Source: Candidatus Liptonbacteria bacterium
GTDB lineage: Bacteria > Patescibacteriota > Minisyncoccia > UBA6257 > 2-01-FULL-56-20
Direction: 5' to 3'
DNA length: 64,000 nt
Assembly: GCA_016204385.1 (NCBI GenBank)
Contig: JACQKW010000015.1
Coordinates: 29,882-93,881 of the forward strand
Below, piece after piece: positions 46,646 to 57,119 of this stretch. The translations under genes and the position numbers were made by a program. The first letter of the stretch is position 1. Each line of letters opens with the position of its first letter. The notes beneath the pieces are model-generated. The model was not told where the DNA came from. It made no database searches and saw only the letters and a program-made list of their open reading frames with translations.

Positions 46646-47511
46646 GAAGCAGGCACTGCTTCGGGAACAGCTTCGGGCGGCGTCCCGCCTTTTATGTTTA
46701 TGAGCACCGTGCCCAAAAGAAGCGCGGTAAAGAGAAACGGCACGCGGGAGAACGGCGCATAGAAAAAGGCGACGGTATCCACAACAAGTCCCACGCTTAT
46801 GGCGTGAAGCCCGATTTGGTATGCCTTCATATATCCCGCATCCGCCCCGCGGAGCTTCAGGAACGCCCACACAAGAAGCGCCGCGAATGCCAGGTATGAG
46901 AGCTTGAGGCTGAAGAGAAACACAAAAAGCGCCATAAGGAGGATGACCATGAGCGGGGAAAGCCACAGCGAAAAGCGTTCAATGGTCCGCACGAACGAGC
47001 GAAGCCGTTCCTTATTGAGCGTCGTGTTCGGAAAATCGCTCAACCGCGAGATCTGTAAGTTTCCCCGCTCGCCTTGAAACGCAATCGAATCGCGCGTGAG
47101 GTACAGGCGGGTACTCGCGCCGCGGAAACGCTCGAGCGTGAATTCCGATTCGGTGTCCACCACAAGGATGTTTTCGACAGCAACCTCCGAACCTTTTTTG
47201 AGAACATTCCCGCGGTATGCCTCGGGGATCTTTATCACCACCGGCCCCTCACGGTTCGAAGATGCTTTTCCGTCCTTGAGTTCGATCACAAGATTGTCGG
47301 GAAAGCTTGCAAGCACCGAGGGACCGAAGTTTGCAATGAAGGCGTTCAGCGCCGGAATGAGACGCACCGAGAATACGGCGGTAAGCACGAGCGAGAGCAC
47401 GAGAACGAGAGAATAAAAATAGCCGAATGAGAATGAGAGCGGACGCCTGAAGAGGCCCTGGTAAAACTCCGGCCCGTAGACGCTTTTTTTAAACTGCTCT
47501 ATAAAACGCAT
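46642..47511 (-). CDS. DUF1189-like membrane protein
   Basis: KSVYGPEFY start, TM-soluble-TM topology. Confidence 0.65.
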   Translation of the reverse strand: MRFIEQFKKSVYGPEFYQGLFRRPLSFSFGYFYSLVLVLSLVLTAVFSVRLIPALNAFIANFGPSVLASFPDNLVIELKDGKASSNREGPVVIKIPEAYRGNVLKKGSEVAVENILVVDTESEFTLERFRGASTRLYLTRDSIAFQGERGNLQISRLSDFPNTTLNKERLRSFVRTIERFSLWLSPLMVILLMALFVFLFSLKLSYLAFAALLVWAFLKLRGADAGYMKAYQIGLHAISVGLVVDTVAFFYAPFSRVPFLFTALLLGTVLINIKGGTPPEAVPEAVPAS

Positions 47512-47623
47512 AGAGAACTGTGATGCCAATACACCTGCCCGACTCCCGCCTGACTTCGAGAAGACGAAGTCTTGTCGGGCAGGTGCCTGAGACAAACTCA
47601 GGCGGGCGGGCGAATTGTACTAA

Positions 47624-48526
47624 TTATACCCCCAAACCTCTTAACGCCTTAATCCTCTCTTCTATCGGCGGATGCGTCATGAATAATTTGTGGAGCCAGT
47701 GGGTGCGTTTTTCTTTCGGGAACGGGTCGTCAATCCAGAGGTGCGAGGTGGTGTTATTCGCCGCGCGCATCGGCGTCGTGTCCCGCGCAAGTTTCTCGAG
47801 CGCCCGCGCGAGGCCTTCCGGATACCGCGTGAGAAGCGCGCCCGAGGCGTCAGCCAATGACTCGCGTTTGCGGGAAATTGCGAGTTGAATCAACATCGCC
47901 GAGATGGGCGCCAAAATCGAGAGCGCAATCCCGATCAGAAGAAAAATGCCTCCCGCGTTCCCCCGGTCATCGCGCGAGCGTCCTCCTCCCCACATCATCG
48001 AGCGTAAAAATATGTCTGAAAGGATCGAGATGAAACCCACAAGGATCACCGCCACGGTGCCGATTAAAATATCCCTGTTCCCGATATGCGAGAGTTCATG
48101 ACTCAATACTCCCTCGAGTTCGGAACGATCAAGTTTCTCTAAAAGTCCTTGGGTTACGGCCACGACCGCGTGCTTTGGATCGCGGCCGGTCGCGAAGGCG
48201 TTTAGCGCCCGTTCCGGCACGAGGTAGAGCTTCGGCATCGGGAGTCCCGCGGTAATCGCGAGATTCTCCACGATCCGGTAAAGCTCGGGGTTGTCTTTCA
48301 TCGAAACTGGCTTTGCCCGTGCCATCCGGAGCACGATCTTGTCCGAGTACCAGTAGCTCACCGCATTCATAAAAACGCTGAACGCCACCGCGATGTAGAG
48401 AATGTTCGAGTCGCCGTACACTTGCGAGAAAATCCAGCCGATGCCGATTACGACAATCAAAAAACCGATGAATAAAGCCCATGTCCGCCGGATGTTTGAG
48501 TCTTTGTGTTGATATAAGCTAACCAT
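47624..48526 (-). CDS. htpX: Zinc metalloprotease HtpX (M48)
   Basis: NAFATGR, HELSH, THPPIEERI. Confidence 0.93.
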   Translation of the reverse strand: MVSLYQHKDSNIRRTWALFIGFLIVVIGIGWIFSQVYGDSNILYIAVAFSVFMNAVSYWYSDKIVLRMARAKPVSMKDNPELYRIVENLAITAGLPMPKLYLVPERALNAFATGRDPKHAVVAVTQGLLEKLDRSELEGVLSHELSHIGNRDILIGTVAVILVGFISILSDIFLRSMMWGGGRSRDDRGNAGGIFLLIGIALSILAPISAMLIQLAISRKRESLADASGALLTRYPEGLARALEKLARDTTPMRAANNTTSHLWIDDPFPKEKRTHWLHKLFMTHPPIEERIKALRGLGV

Positions 48527-48564
48527 TAGAAATTAGTAGATCGACGAAACCTCTGAAGCGAGAA

Positions 48565-49002
48565 CTATACAAAACCGAATTTGATTATAGCTACAATAAA
48601 AGGAATGACGCGCCCAATCCATGCAAATATATAAAAGTAAATCGGAAAGGCAATAATAAATGTGATAATAAATTTACGTCTCTCCAACAAAGAAGGAAAA
48701 AGTGTCTCTGATTTTTTGTATATGACAGTACCCGAGACAAGCCATAGGACAAGAAAAGTGAGATAAAATGGCGACGTGTCATTATATTGACACCCGTAAG
48801 GAAGCCCGTAGCACCCAATCACATTAACAATATCGCTAAATATTTTACTCCGAGGCTCGAAATCTTCGTAGCTGTGTCGAGTGGTCTGCAATACATCAAG
48901 GAGCGCCAGTAATACGGGAATGAGAATAAAAATTGCAGCGAGAACACCTGCGTATTTGATGCCGCCCCTTAATGGCTTTACGGGCCTACTGATTCCCAGC
49001 AT
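48565..49002 (-). CDS. AT-rich membrane protein lying between lemA and htpX
   Basis: Three hydrophobic segments. Confidence 0.55.
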   Translation of the reverse strand: MLGISRPVKPLRGGIKYAGVLAAIFILIPVLLALLDVLQTTRHSYEDFEPRSKIFSDIVNVIGCYGLPYGCQYNDTSPFYLTFLVLWLVSGTVIYKKSETLFPSLLERRKFIITFIIAFPIYFYIFAWIGRVIPFIVAIIKFGFV

Positions 49003-49025
49003 CTTGTAAATCTACGTCTCAACTC

Positions 49026-49568
49026 CTAAAAATTAACCTTCACGGGCTGTTCCGCCTCTTCCGGCGCGTCATAGAATTCCATCTGCCTAAAACCGAATGC
49101 GTTCGCGACGATATTTGTCGGGAACACCTCGATTGAGGTGTTTAGGTCGCGCACGGTCGTATTATAAAACCTACGCGCCGCCTGGACCTTGTTCTCGGTG
49201 TCCGAGAGCTCGCGCTGGAGCTCAAGGAAGTTTGCGTTCGCTTTGAGGTCGGGATAATTCTCGGCCACGGCAAAAAGGGTTTTCAAGGTGTTCGAAAGCA
49301 TGTTCTCGGCTTCCCGCTTCTTCTCCGCGTCGCCCGCGCCTGCAACCGCCGCGCGCGCCTTGGTCACGTTCTCGAGCACGCCACGCTCGTGCTTCATATA
49401 CCCTTTCACTGATTCGACGAGGTTCGGGATAAGGTCGAATCGGCGCTTCATCTGCACTTCGATGTCGGAAATTGCCTCCTTCGCGCGAAGCCGCATCGTG
49501 ACAAGCTTGTTGTACGCGTAGATGAGGTAGACGACGACCACTGCCAAAACGATATAGAGAATGTTCAT
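49026..49568 (-). CDS. lemA: LemA family protein
   Basis: KRRFDLIPNLVE, AENYPDLKAN, ARRFYN. Confidence 0.95.
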   Translation of the reverse strand: MNILYIVLAVVVVYLIYAYNKLVTMRLRAKEAISDIEVQMKRRFDLIPNLVESVKGYMKHERGVLENVTKARAAVAGAGDAEKKREAENMLSNTLKTLFAVAENYPDLKANANFLELQRELSDTENKVQAARRFYNTTVRDLNTSIEVFPTNIVANAFGFRQMEFYDAPEEAEQPVKVNF

Positions 49569-49644
49569 GCCGCCATTATACCAAGAAGACCCCCGCACCA
49601 CAAGGAAGATTTATGTCTTTTCGAAACCGTTGTCTTAATGTAAA

Positions 49645-49688
49645 ACTGTTTCCATTATAAATGATTAATCATTTATAATGGAAACAGT
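49645..49688. repeat. 44-bp perfect palindrome copy 3
   Basis: actgtttccattataaatgatt|aatcatttataatggaaacagt. Confidence 0.9.
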
Positions 49689-49725
49689 ACAAGAAAAAGT
49701 GTGCCCGCAACGCGATCGCTGCGGG

Positions 49726-50013
49726 CTAAGGTGGTCTCCCCTCTTGGTTATCGGCAGCTTCATCCCTCCTGATCAGGTCGTTGATGTATTCACGGATCTC
49801 CGGGGTTCCAAAGCGCCTGGCGATCAGGAGAAGCCGGGTAAAATCCTGATGCTGCACGGTAAACCTGATGTCCGCGATGCGGAGTTGCACCAAACTGTAC
49901 CACACGAATACGTTCAGGATCCGGCGAACGGTTATCGTGAGCCACACCAGGAACGCGATGGAGATGAAAAGCCAGAGGGCTCCATAGGGCACGATAAAAC
50001 TTTCTTTGAGCAC
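49726..50013 (-). CDS. Small hypothetical membrane protein
   Basis: AAGGAGG SD before GTG, one TM, downstream hairpin. Confidence 0.5.
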   Translation of the reverse strand: MLKESFIVPYGALWLFISIAFLVWLTITVRRILNVFVWYSLVQLRIADIRFTVQHQDFTRLLLIARRFGTPEIREYINDLIRRDEAADNQEGRPP

Positions 50014-50044
50014 GGTTCCTCCTTCTCAAGCATGCTACCCGTGA

Positions 50045-50533
50045 TTATACTCCTTTTCGCTCAAAGACAAGAAAGCGGTAGAGGTACGAGTTTTTCTCAT
50101 CTGTTTTGCCCTCTTCACGGTTCATCTCGCGCCATTCGCTCATGTTGATTTCGGGAAAAAAGATGTCTCCCTCGAACTCATGATCAATCTGCGTGATATA
50201 GAGGCGCTTGGCGAGCGGGAGCGCTTGCGAGAAGATTTCCGCACCACCGATAAAAAAAATTTCTTCCTCGCCCTTCACACGATCAAGCGCCTCATCAATT
50301 GAATGCACTATGACGCATCCGGGGGCTTCATAGTTTTTCTCCCGCGTGATGACGACATTTGTTCTGCCCGGTAGCGCCTTGCCGATTGATTCATGAGTAC
50401 GCCTCCCCATCACGATCGGGTGCCCCATCGTGATCTCTTTAAAATGCTTCAAGTCCGCCGGCAGATACCACGGAAGGCCGCCGCGCTTCCCGATCACGCG
50501 GTTTTTGCCCACCGCGACGATGATAGAAATCAT
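50045..50533 (-). CDS. folA: Dihydrofolate reductase
   Basis: LPWYLPADLKHF, MGRRT, IGGAEI. Confidence 0.96.
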   Translation of the reverse strand: MISIIVAVGKNRVIGKRGGLPWYLPADLKHFKEITMGHPIVMGRRTHESIGKALPGRTNVVITREKNYEAPGCVIVHSIDEALDRVKGEEEIFFIGGAEIFSQALPLAKRLYITQIDHEFEGDIFFPEINMSEWREMNREEGKTDEKNSYLYRFLVFERKGV

Positions 50534-50627
50534 GAGAGTATCAGCGAATAACTAATCCGTACAAATATACGAATGAATTTGAGCTCTTTAATTCGTAAAT
50601 TAGTACCAATTCGCTATTGGTTGATGA

Positions 50628-51437
50628 TTAAACAGCTATCGGCGCTTTGATCGCCGGATGCGGATCGTAGTTCTTGAGCTCAAAATCCTCGTACGTGAAA
50701 TCGAAAATGGATTTCACATTAGGATTCAAGACCATTGTGGGGAGCGGCCGCGGCTCGCGCGAGAGCTGGAGATTAACCTGATCAAAATGATTCACATAAA
50801 TATGCACGTCGCCAAAGGTATGGACGAAATCCCCAAGCTCTCTCCCGGTCACGTGCGCCATCATCATCGTGAGGAGCGCGTAGGAGGCGATATTAAACGG
50901 AACGCCCAAGAAAAGGTCTGCGCTCCGCTGGTAGAGCTGGCAAGAGAGTTTGTTGTCGGCAACGTAGAACTGGAACATCGTGTGACACGGCGGAGGCGCG
51001 GTTTTCTTGCCCCGCACGAGCGCACGGAGGTCGGCAACGTTCCAACCGCTTACAATGATCCTCCGCGAGTCGGGGTTGTTGCGAATCGCATCCTCCGCCT
51101 CGGCAATTTGGTTAATCGTCGTCCCGTCCGCCGCCTCCCATCGTGTCCATTGCTTGCCGTAGATGGGACCGAGTTCGCCTTTCTCGTCTGCCCATTCGTC
51201 CCAGATATGGACGCCCTGCTCCTGCAAATACTTTACATTCGTATCCCCTTTTAAGAACCATAGGAGCTCGTGGATGATCCCTTTCATGAAAAGTTTCTTC
51301 GTCGTGACTGCGGGAAAACCGTGCGCCAAATTAAACCGAATCTGCCTGCCAAAGACGCTCACCGTATCGATCCCCGTACGGTTCGATTTTTTGACGCCGC
51401 CGCGCACATCGCAAAGGAGATCGAGGTATTGCTTCAT
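50628..51437 (-). CDS. thyA: Thymidylate synthase
   Basis: [23 protein letters not shown]. Confidence 0.97.
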   Translation of the reverse strand: MKQYLDLLCDVRGGVKKSNRTGIDTVSVFGRQIRFNLAHGFPAVTTKKLFMKGIIHELLWFLKGDTNVKYLQEQGVHIWDEWADEKGELGPIYGKQWTRWEAADGTTINQIAEAEDAIRNNPDSRRIIVSGWNVADLRALVRGKKTAPPPCHTMFQFYVADNKLSCQLYQRSADLFLGVPFNIASYALLTMMMAHVTGRELGDFVHTFGDVHIYVNHFDQVNLQLSREPRPLPTMVLNPNVKSIFDFTYEDFELKNYDPHPAIKAPIAV

Positions 51438-51505
51438 TTCACATAATCATAGAATGCTTCCTCTCCGAAAATCAAAAACCCCCGTGCGGGGGTTTTTGGC
51501 TGTTT

Positions 51506-53164
51506 TTAGTAATCTTCTCCCATCCCGCCGCCCATGCCGCCCATTCCTCCGCCAGCTGGCGGACTTTTCTTCTCGGGGATTTCGGTAATTGCCGCGCCCA
51601 CCGTAAGGTAGTTCGCCGCGACCGAGATCGCATTCACAAACGCGGTCTTCACGACCTTCAGGGGATCAATGATGCCGGCTTCTTTGAGATCGGTGATTTT
51701 ATTGGTGACTGCATTAAACCCTTTCCATGCTTCGGATTCCTTGCGTTCGCGGAGCTGTGCAATGATCTTGTTCGGCGCCTCGCCGCTATTCATTACGATA
51801 GCGGTGAGTGGCGCCTCGAGTGCGCGCCGCAGAATCGCCTGCGCCGCGGCGATCACAGGATCCGGGTGCTTCTCGTCCCGTTCCGCGCGGAGGTTGTGCA
51901 CGTTAAAGAGCGCGATGCCGCCGCCCGGGACGATGCCCTCCTCCATCGCGGCGCGGGTTGCCGCAACCGCGTCCTCGACGCGCTGTTTTAATTCCTTCTG
52001 CGCGGTCTCCGTGGGCGCGCCCACCTTGACGACCGCGACTCCGCCCGCAAGCTTCCCGAGCCGCTCCTGCAACTTTTCCTTATCGAAATCGGAATCGGTT
52101 TTTTGGATCTGCGCCTTGATCTGGGAGACGCGCTTCGCGATCGTATCCTTATCGCCGCGGCCGCCCACGATCGTGGTCGCATCCTTGTTCGAAATCACGC
52201 GGTGCGCGTGCCCCAAGTCCTCGATCGACACACTCTCGAGCTTCCTTCCCACGTCCTCCGAGATAAACTGCCCGCCCGTCACGATCGCGACGTCCTGGAG
52301 CATTTCCTTCCTGCGGTCGCCGAATCCCGGCGCTTTGACCGCCAACACGTTGAAGACACCGCGGAGTTTGTTCACGACGAGCGTCGCAAGCGCCTCGCCT
52401 TCCACTTCGTCGGCGATAATCACCATCTCTTTTTTTCCGCTCTGCACTACCTTCTCCAAGAGCTGAAGAATATCCGTGATTGCCGATATTTTCTTGTCGG
52501 TGATCAAGATATAGGGATCTTCGAGTACCGCTTCCATCCGCTCCTGGTTCGAGATCATATAGGGCGAGACGTAGCCGCGGTCGAACTGCATTCCCTCGAC
52601 CATCTCATGCGAATTTCCGATGGTATTTGAATCCTCAACGGTGACCACGCCTTCTTTTCCGATCTTCTCCATAACCGTCGCAATGAGCTTTCCGATCTCG
52701 TCGTCCTTCGCGGAGAGCGTCGCGACTTCCTGGATCTTTTTATTCTCGTTGATGAGCTCTTTTTGCGTTTCGAGCGCCTTTAAAATGGATTCGCTTCCCT
52801 TTTTGAGCCGTTCGGCAAGGTGAATCACGTCGAATCCCTTTTCGCGGATGATCTTTTCTCCTTCGTCAATCATCGCGTGCGCGAGCACGACGGAGGTCGT
52901 CGTCCCGTCGCCCACGTTGTCGTTCGTCTTATCCGCCGCCTGTTTGATAAAGTCGGCGCCGAGATTCTCGTATTTGTCCTCGAGTTCGACTTCTTTCGCG
53001 ACGGTCACCCCGTCGAAAGTGACTTGCGGGGCGCCGTATCCTTTCTCGATCACCGCCGCGCGGCCGCGGGGCCCGAGCGTCATTCGGACCGCCGCCGCGA
53101 GCTTGTCAATCCCTTTTTTGAGCGCGATCCGCGCCTCGTCGTTAAATAGTATCTGTTTAGGCAT
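51506..53164 (-). CDS. groL: Chaperonin GroEL
   Basis: TLGPRG, GDGTTT, GGM tail. Confidence 0.98.
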   Translation of the reverse strand: MPKQILFNDEARIALKKGIDKLAAAVRMTLGPRGRAAVIEKGYGAPQVTFDGVTVAKEVELEDKYENLGADFIKQAADKTNDNVGDGTTTSVVLAHAMIDEGEKIIREKGFDVIHLAERLKKGSESILKALETQKELINENKKIQEVATLSAKDDEIGKLIATVMEKIGKEGVVTVEDSNTIGNSHEMVEGMQFDRGYVSPYMISNQERMEAVLEDPYILITDKKISAITDILQLLEKVVQSGKKEMVIIADEVEGEALATLVVNKLRGVFNVLAVKAPGFGDRRKEMLQDVAIVTGGQFISEDVGRKLESVSIEDLGHAHRVISNKDATTIVGGRGDKDTIAKRVSQIKAQIQKTDSDFDKEKLQERLGKLAGGVAVVKVGAPTETAQKELKQRVEDAVAATRAAMEEGIVPGGGIALFNVHNLRAERDEKHPDPVIAAAQAILRRALEAPLTAIVMNSGEAPNKIIAQLRERKESEAWKGFNAVTNKITDLKEAGIIDPLKVVKTAFVNAISVAANYLTVGAAITEIPEKKSPPAGGGMGGMGGGMGEDY

Positions 53165-53274
53165 GGTGGTAAATTTCTAATTTCTAATTGATCTAGTTCC
53201 TAATCAATAACCAATTCCTAATGACGAAAATCTGAATTAGAAATTAGGAATTAGATATTAGTCATTGCTTGCGA

Positions 53275-53565
53275 TTACTCGACAATCGCGAGCACGTCGT
53301 CCTCGTCCCCCACGAGATACTTCTTTCCGTCAATCTCAATCTCGTCCGGTCCGTACTTTTTGAAGAGCACGACATCGCCGACCTTGACCGACATTGGAAT
53401 CCGCTCGCCTTTGTCGCTTGCTTTCCCCGGCCCCACCGCGAGCACTTTTCCCCGAATCGGCTTTTCTTTCTCCGCCGTGTCCGGGATCACAATGCCCGAC
53501 TTGGTGGTTTTTTCCTCCTCCATCGGTTCGATGAAGAGGTGATTTGAGAGGGGTTTAAACTTCAT
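53275..53565 (-). CDS. groS: Co-chaperonin GroES
   Basis: TKSGIVIPDTAEKEKP, AVGPG. Confidence 0.97.
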   Translation of the reverse strand: MKFKPLSNHLFIEPMEEEKTTKSGIVIPDTAEKEKPIRGKVLAVGPGKASDKGERIPMSVKVGDVVLFKKYGPDEIEIDGKKYLVGDEDDVLAIVE

Positions 53566-53647
53566 GATGGTTAGTGATGAGAACTTAGCCATTAGGACTT
53601 GAGAAACCTTCTCTAAGTACTAACGCCTAAGTCTTAAGTTCTAGTAA

Positions 53648-53674
53648 TTAGCATTCCCGACTATAGAGTGCCAA
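53648..53674 (-). promoter_or_regulatory. CIRCE element (HrcA operator)
   Basis: TTGGCACTC-N9-GAATGCTAA, 2 mismatches from consensus, just downstream of TTGACA-16-TACAAT (53681-53708). Confidence 0.85.
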
Positions 53675-53768
53675 TTCACAATTGTAGCGGGAAGCGGCAG
53701 GGTGTCAACCCCCACACCTATCCATAGGTGTGGGGGTCAAGGGCGGGGTGTTTTTCGAAGGCCGGGGG

Positions 53769-54434
53769 TTATACCTCCTCCACGCGCTTTCGCATGGTCT
53801 TACCCACGATTTTTCTAACCGCAAGCTTCACGCGTATGTCCCTACGCAAAACCGAAAGAACCGGTTTTACTTCTCCTTCCCGAAGTTTCCTTCTTCGCCA
53901 CGTATGGATGAACGCGAAATAGACGAATACAAGCGCCGCGTAATTTACCGCCATAAACCACGGCGTGTGCCACGGGATGCCGTTAAAGTGCCAGAACGAA
54001 ATCGGCCAAAAGACGGGCGTCGGATAGAACTGGTATGAATGGGTGCCGACGTCAATCACAATATGCAGAAGCCATCCGGACATTTCCCACACTATGCGGC
54101 GCTTTACGATATAGACGATGCTCGCGATGAGAAAAAATACGATGAGGCTATGGCTTAGCGCATAGAGAAGCGACGTAAACGGATACACCCAGAAGGTATC
54201 GAGGGGCAGGGGTTCAAATGCAAGAAGCGGCGGAAGATCCCGCGGCAATTGCGAGAACGTAACATCCTTTTGGAGTACATTCACAAAAGTCCAGATAGGA
54301 AGAATCGAGAAGGCAAAAAGATCGGGGAGCACACCGAAAAAGGTGGCGAGGCCCACGCGCAACGGTTTCTTGAGCCGCTTATTTGCCGCAGCTGCTCCCG
54401 CGCCTGCCCAGAGACCATGAGAGAGGATGTCCAT
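53769..54434 (-). CDS. Membrane-bound metal-dependent hydrolase (YdjM-like)
   Basis: SHGLW, LPDL, HSL, LHIVID..TH. Confidence 0.7.
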   Translation of the reverse strand: MDILSHGLWAGAGAAAANKRLKKPLRVGLATFFGVLPDLFAFSILPIWTFVNVLQKDVTFSQLPRDLPPLLAFEPLPLDTFWVYPFTSLLYALSHSLIVFFLIASIVYIVKRRIVWEMSGWLLHIVIDVGTHSYQFYPTPVFWPISFWHFNGIPWHTPWFMAVNYAALVFVYFAFIHTWRRRKLREGEVKPVLSVLRRDIRVKLAVRKIVGKTMRKRVEEV

Positions 54435-54492
54435 TATTGTCCTTAAATTCTAAATCCTAATTTCTAAATTCTAAACAAGCCTAATGTAGCGT

Positions 54493-55437
54493 TTATGCTC
54501 TTGCGGTTCCGGCTTCGGCGTGGGACTTCACCATCGAATCATAAATATTCAAGACCGCCTTGACCGCATCGCCTGCGGAAATATTGTTCTGTTTGTAGAG
54601 CACGTCGGTCACGTCTCCGACCGCCCAGATACCGGGCTCCGACGTTCGGTACGTTTGGTGATCCACGACTACCTCGCCAAATTTGTTTATTTCCACCACT
54701 CCTTTCACGATCTCCGAGTTTGGCACGATGCCGATCTCCACAAATACCCCGCCCACGGCAAGTTCCTTTTCCTGATTTAAAGCCGTATCGAGATAACGGA
54801 GGCCCGTGACCATCTTCTCGCCCTTCACCTCCAAACTCTGCGCCCTATAGATGACGTGAACGTTCTTTTCTTTTTTGATCTTGTCCTGTGTGATCTGATC
54901 TCCCCTGAGCGTATCAGAGTATTCAAGAAGATAAATCTTTGCCGCATACGGGAGAAGATCTATCGCTGCTTCGAGTCCCGCGTTGCCGCCGCCCACGACC
55001 GCCACGTCTTTTCCCTTAAAAAGCGGCGCGTCGCAGATGGAGCAGTACGCCACACCTTTGCCCTCCCATTCGTCCTCTCCCGGAATACCGAGCCTCCGTC
55101 GGCGGCTTCCCGACGCGACGAGAACATATCTCGCCTCAATTGTCTTTCCGCTTTTCGTCCGAACCACGAAACCGCTTCCCGATTTTTCCACCTTCGTCAC
55201 GAGATCGCCGTCCATTATTTCGATTCCTTCCTGCGCGCGCAGGTGCTCCTCGAGCATTTTCCCCAAATCGTAGCCGGAAACGGATTTCGTGCCGATCCAA
55301 TTCTGCACGTCGGCGGACACAAGCGACTGCCCTCCGAATGTTTCGGTCACGAGCGCGGTTTTCATTTTCTTCCGCGCGGCATATACGCCGGCGGCGACGC
55401 CGCCGGGTCCGCCTCCGATAATCACGAGGTCATACAT
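54493..55437 (-). CDS. Thioredoxin reductase / AhpF-like flavoprotein
   Basis: GGGPGG, CSICD, GGGNAG. Confidence 0.92.
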   Translation of the reverse strand: MYDLVIIGGGPGGVAAGVYAARKKMKTALVTETFGGQSLVSADVQNWIGTKSVSGYDLGKMLEEHLRAQEGIEIMDGDLVTKVEKSGSGFVVRTKSGKTIEARYVLVASGSRRRRLGIPGEDEWEGKGVAYCSICDAPLFKGKDVAVVGGGNAGLEAAIDLLPYAAKIYLLEYSDTLRGDQITQDKIKKEKNVHVIYRAQSLEVKGEKMVTGLRYLDTALNQEKELAVGGVFVEIGIVPNSEIVKGVVEINKFGEVVVDHQTYRTSEPGIWAVGDVTDVLYKQNNISAGDAVKAVLNIYDSMVKSHAEAGTARA

Positions 55438-55463
55438 CGGAAATGAGAATTTTGGGCGTCTCG

Positions 55464-55703
55464 TTACGCGCTGATTCCCAGCGCATGCATGAGCCGCCGC
55501 TGATCGTACCCCACAAGTATTTCTCCCTCAATGTCGATTACCGGAACTCCCATCTGATGTGATTTCTCCATCATCTCGCGTAATGCCGCCTCGTCTTCTG
55601 CAACATTTACTTCCTCATATTGTATGTTCTGCGCGCGAAAGAATTCTTTCGCTTTCTTGCAGTACACGCACGAGGGCGTCGAATAAATCTTAATTTTTTT
55701 CAT
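55464..55703 (-). CDS. Glutaredoxin (NrdH/YruB-like)
   Basis: YSTPSCVYC, QMGVPV. Confidence 0.9.
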   Translation of the reverse strand: MKKIKIYSTPSCVYCKKAKEFFRAQNIQYEEVNVAEDEAALREMMEKSHQMGVPVIDIEGEILVGYDQRRLMHALGISA

Positions 55704-55713
55704 GCTCCACGCG

Positions 55714-56400
55714 TTAGCTTTTGCGAAGCAGACTTTCGATGACCGTGCGGTAGCTTTCATACGGCAGGGCACCCTGTACTTGTTGGGAATTTAGGAACAC
55801 CGTGGGCGTCGCATTCACTCCCAGCGCTTGCGCCGCGCCGGCTTCACTACGTACGTCATTCGCGTAGGTATCCGCGTCATAGCATGCAGTAAATTTGTCT
55901 ACGTCCATTCCCGCCTCTCCGGCAAGCCGTATAAAAAGATCGCGATTCAAATTTCCGTTGTGCTCTTCGCCGTCCAAAATTTCCTCGCGAAATACCGCAT
56001 CGTGGAATACCCAAAATTTCTGCTCATCCTTCGCGCACGCCGCCGCCTCCGCCGCCTCAAATGATTCGGGGCCAAGAAACGCGAAGTTACGGTATACCAT
56101 TTTTAGTTTGCCGGTCCGCACGTATTCCTCGCGCAAAAGCGGTTCCACTTGGGTAAAAAGTCTTCCGCAAAACGGGCACTGGTAATCTCCATATTCGATG
56201 AAGGTGACCGGCGCGTTTGGATCCCCCAAGACCACATCGCGTCTCGTGAGTTCGAGCCCTTGGCCCGAAAGCCGGGCGAGCCCCTGATCCTCGGAGCTTT
56301 TGCCTCCCACGAGGTACAGCACGGAACCGGAAATCATCGCGCCCGCGATGAGAATGCTCACCGGCAAAAAATAGTCTTTTCGTTTGCCCTCTTCCGCCAT
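55714..56400 (-). CDS. DsbA-family oxidoreductase
   Basis: N-terminal TM, DYQCPFC, GVNATP. Confidence 0.9.
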   Translation of the reverse strand: MAEEGKRKDYFLPVSILIAGAMISGSVLYLVGGKSSEDQGLARLSGQGLELTRRDVVLGDPNAPVTFIEYGDYQCPFCGRLFTQVEPLLREEYVRTGKLKMVYRNFAFLGPESFEAAEAAACAKDEQKFWVFHDAVFREEILDGEEHNGNLNRDLFIRLAGEAGMDVDKFTACYDADTYANDVRSEAGAAQALGVNATPTVFLNSQQVQGALPYESYRTVIESLLRKS

Positions 56401-56508
56401 ACGAGATACGGTATCACACCACGAACGGCCGCGTCAATGCAGAGTATGCATGAACTCTCCACTCGACTATAATGAAGAAGCGAATTGCACTACGCATATC
56501 CCTACCGT

Positions 56509-57105
56509 ATGCCGACAGATCTCATCCTTGAATGGCTCGCGACCTATAAATACCTTGTCGTATTGCCGCTTACGCTCATCCAGGGGCCGACGGTGATGCT
56601 CGCGACAGGCTTTCTCCTGAAACTGGGGTATTTTTCCCTCCTGCCGCTCTATTTCACGCTTATGGCGGGTGATCTTATAAGCGATTTCCTCTGGTACGCC
56701 GTCGGCCGCTTCGGGGCAGGCCCTTTCCTTAGAAAATTCGGGAAATTCTTTAGCGTCAAAGACGACGCGATCAAGAAATTAGAGCATTTATTCTTAACGC
56801 ACAGAGGGAAAATTCTTTTTACTTCCAAGGTGACGACTGGTTTCGGTTTTGCCATGATAACACTCATGACCGCCGGCATGGCGCGGGTGCCCCTTAAGGA
56901 GTATGCGATCTTCAACGTCGCTGGCGGGTTTGTCTGGACGGGAATTCTAATTGCAATAGGCTACTTTTTTGGCAATCTTTACGTCGCCGTGGCGGAGAGA
57001 TTCAAAATATTGTTCGTAATCGCGCTCGTCGTAGTCGTGGCGCTTATCATTATCGGTTTCGGCCGGTTTATGAAAGAGCGGTTTCTCGCAAATCATAAAG
57101 AGTGA
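56509..57105 (+). CDS. DedA family membrane protein
   Basis: GDLISDFLWYAVGRFG, AGMARVP. Confidence 0.85.
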   Translation: MPTDLILEWLATYKYLVVLPLTLIQGPTVMLATGFLLKLGYFSLLPLYFTLMAGDLISDFLWYAVGRFGAGPFLRKFGKFFSVKDDAIKKLEHLFLTHRGKILFTSKVTTGFGFAMITLMTAGMARVPLKEYAIFNVAGGFVWTGILIAIGYFFGNLYVAVAERFKILFVIALVVVVALIIIGFGRFMKERFLANHKE

Positions 57106-57119
57106 TGCCGGGCAACACA

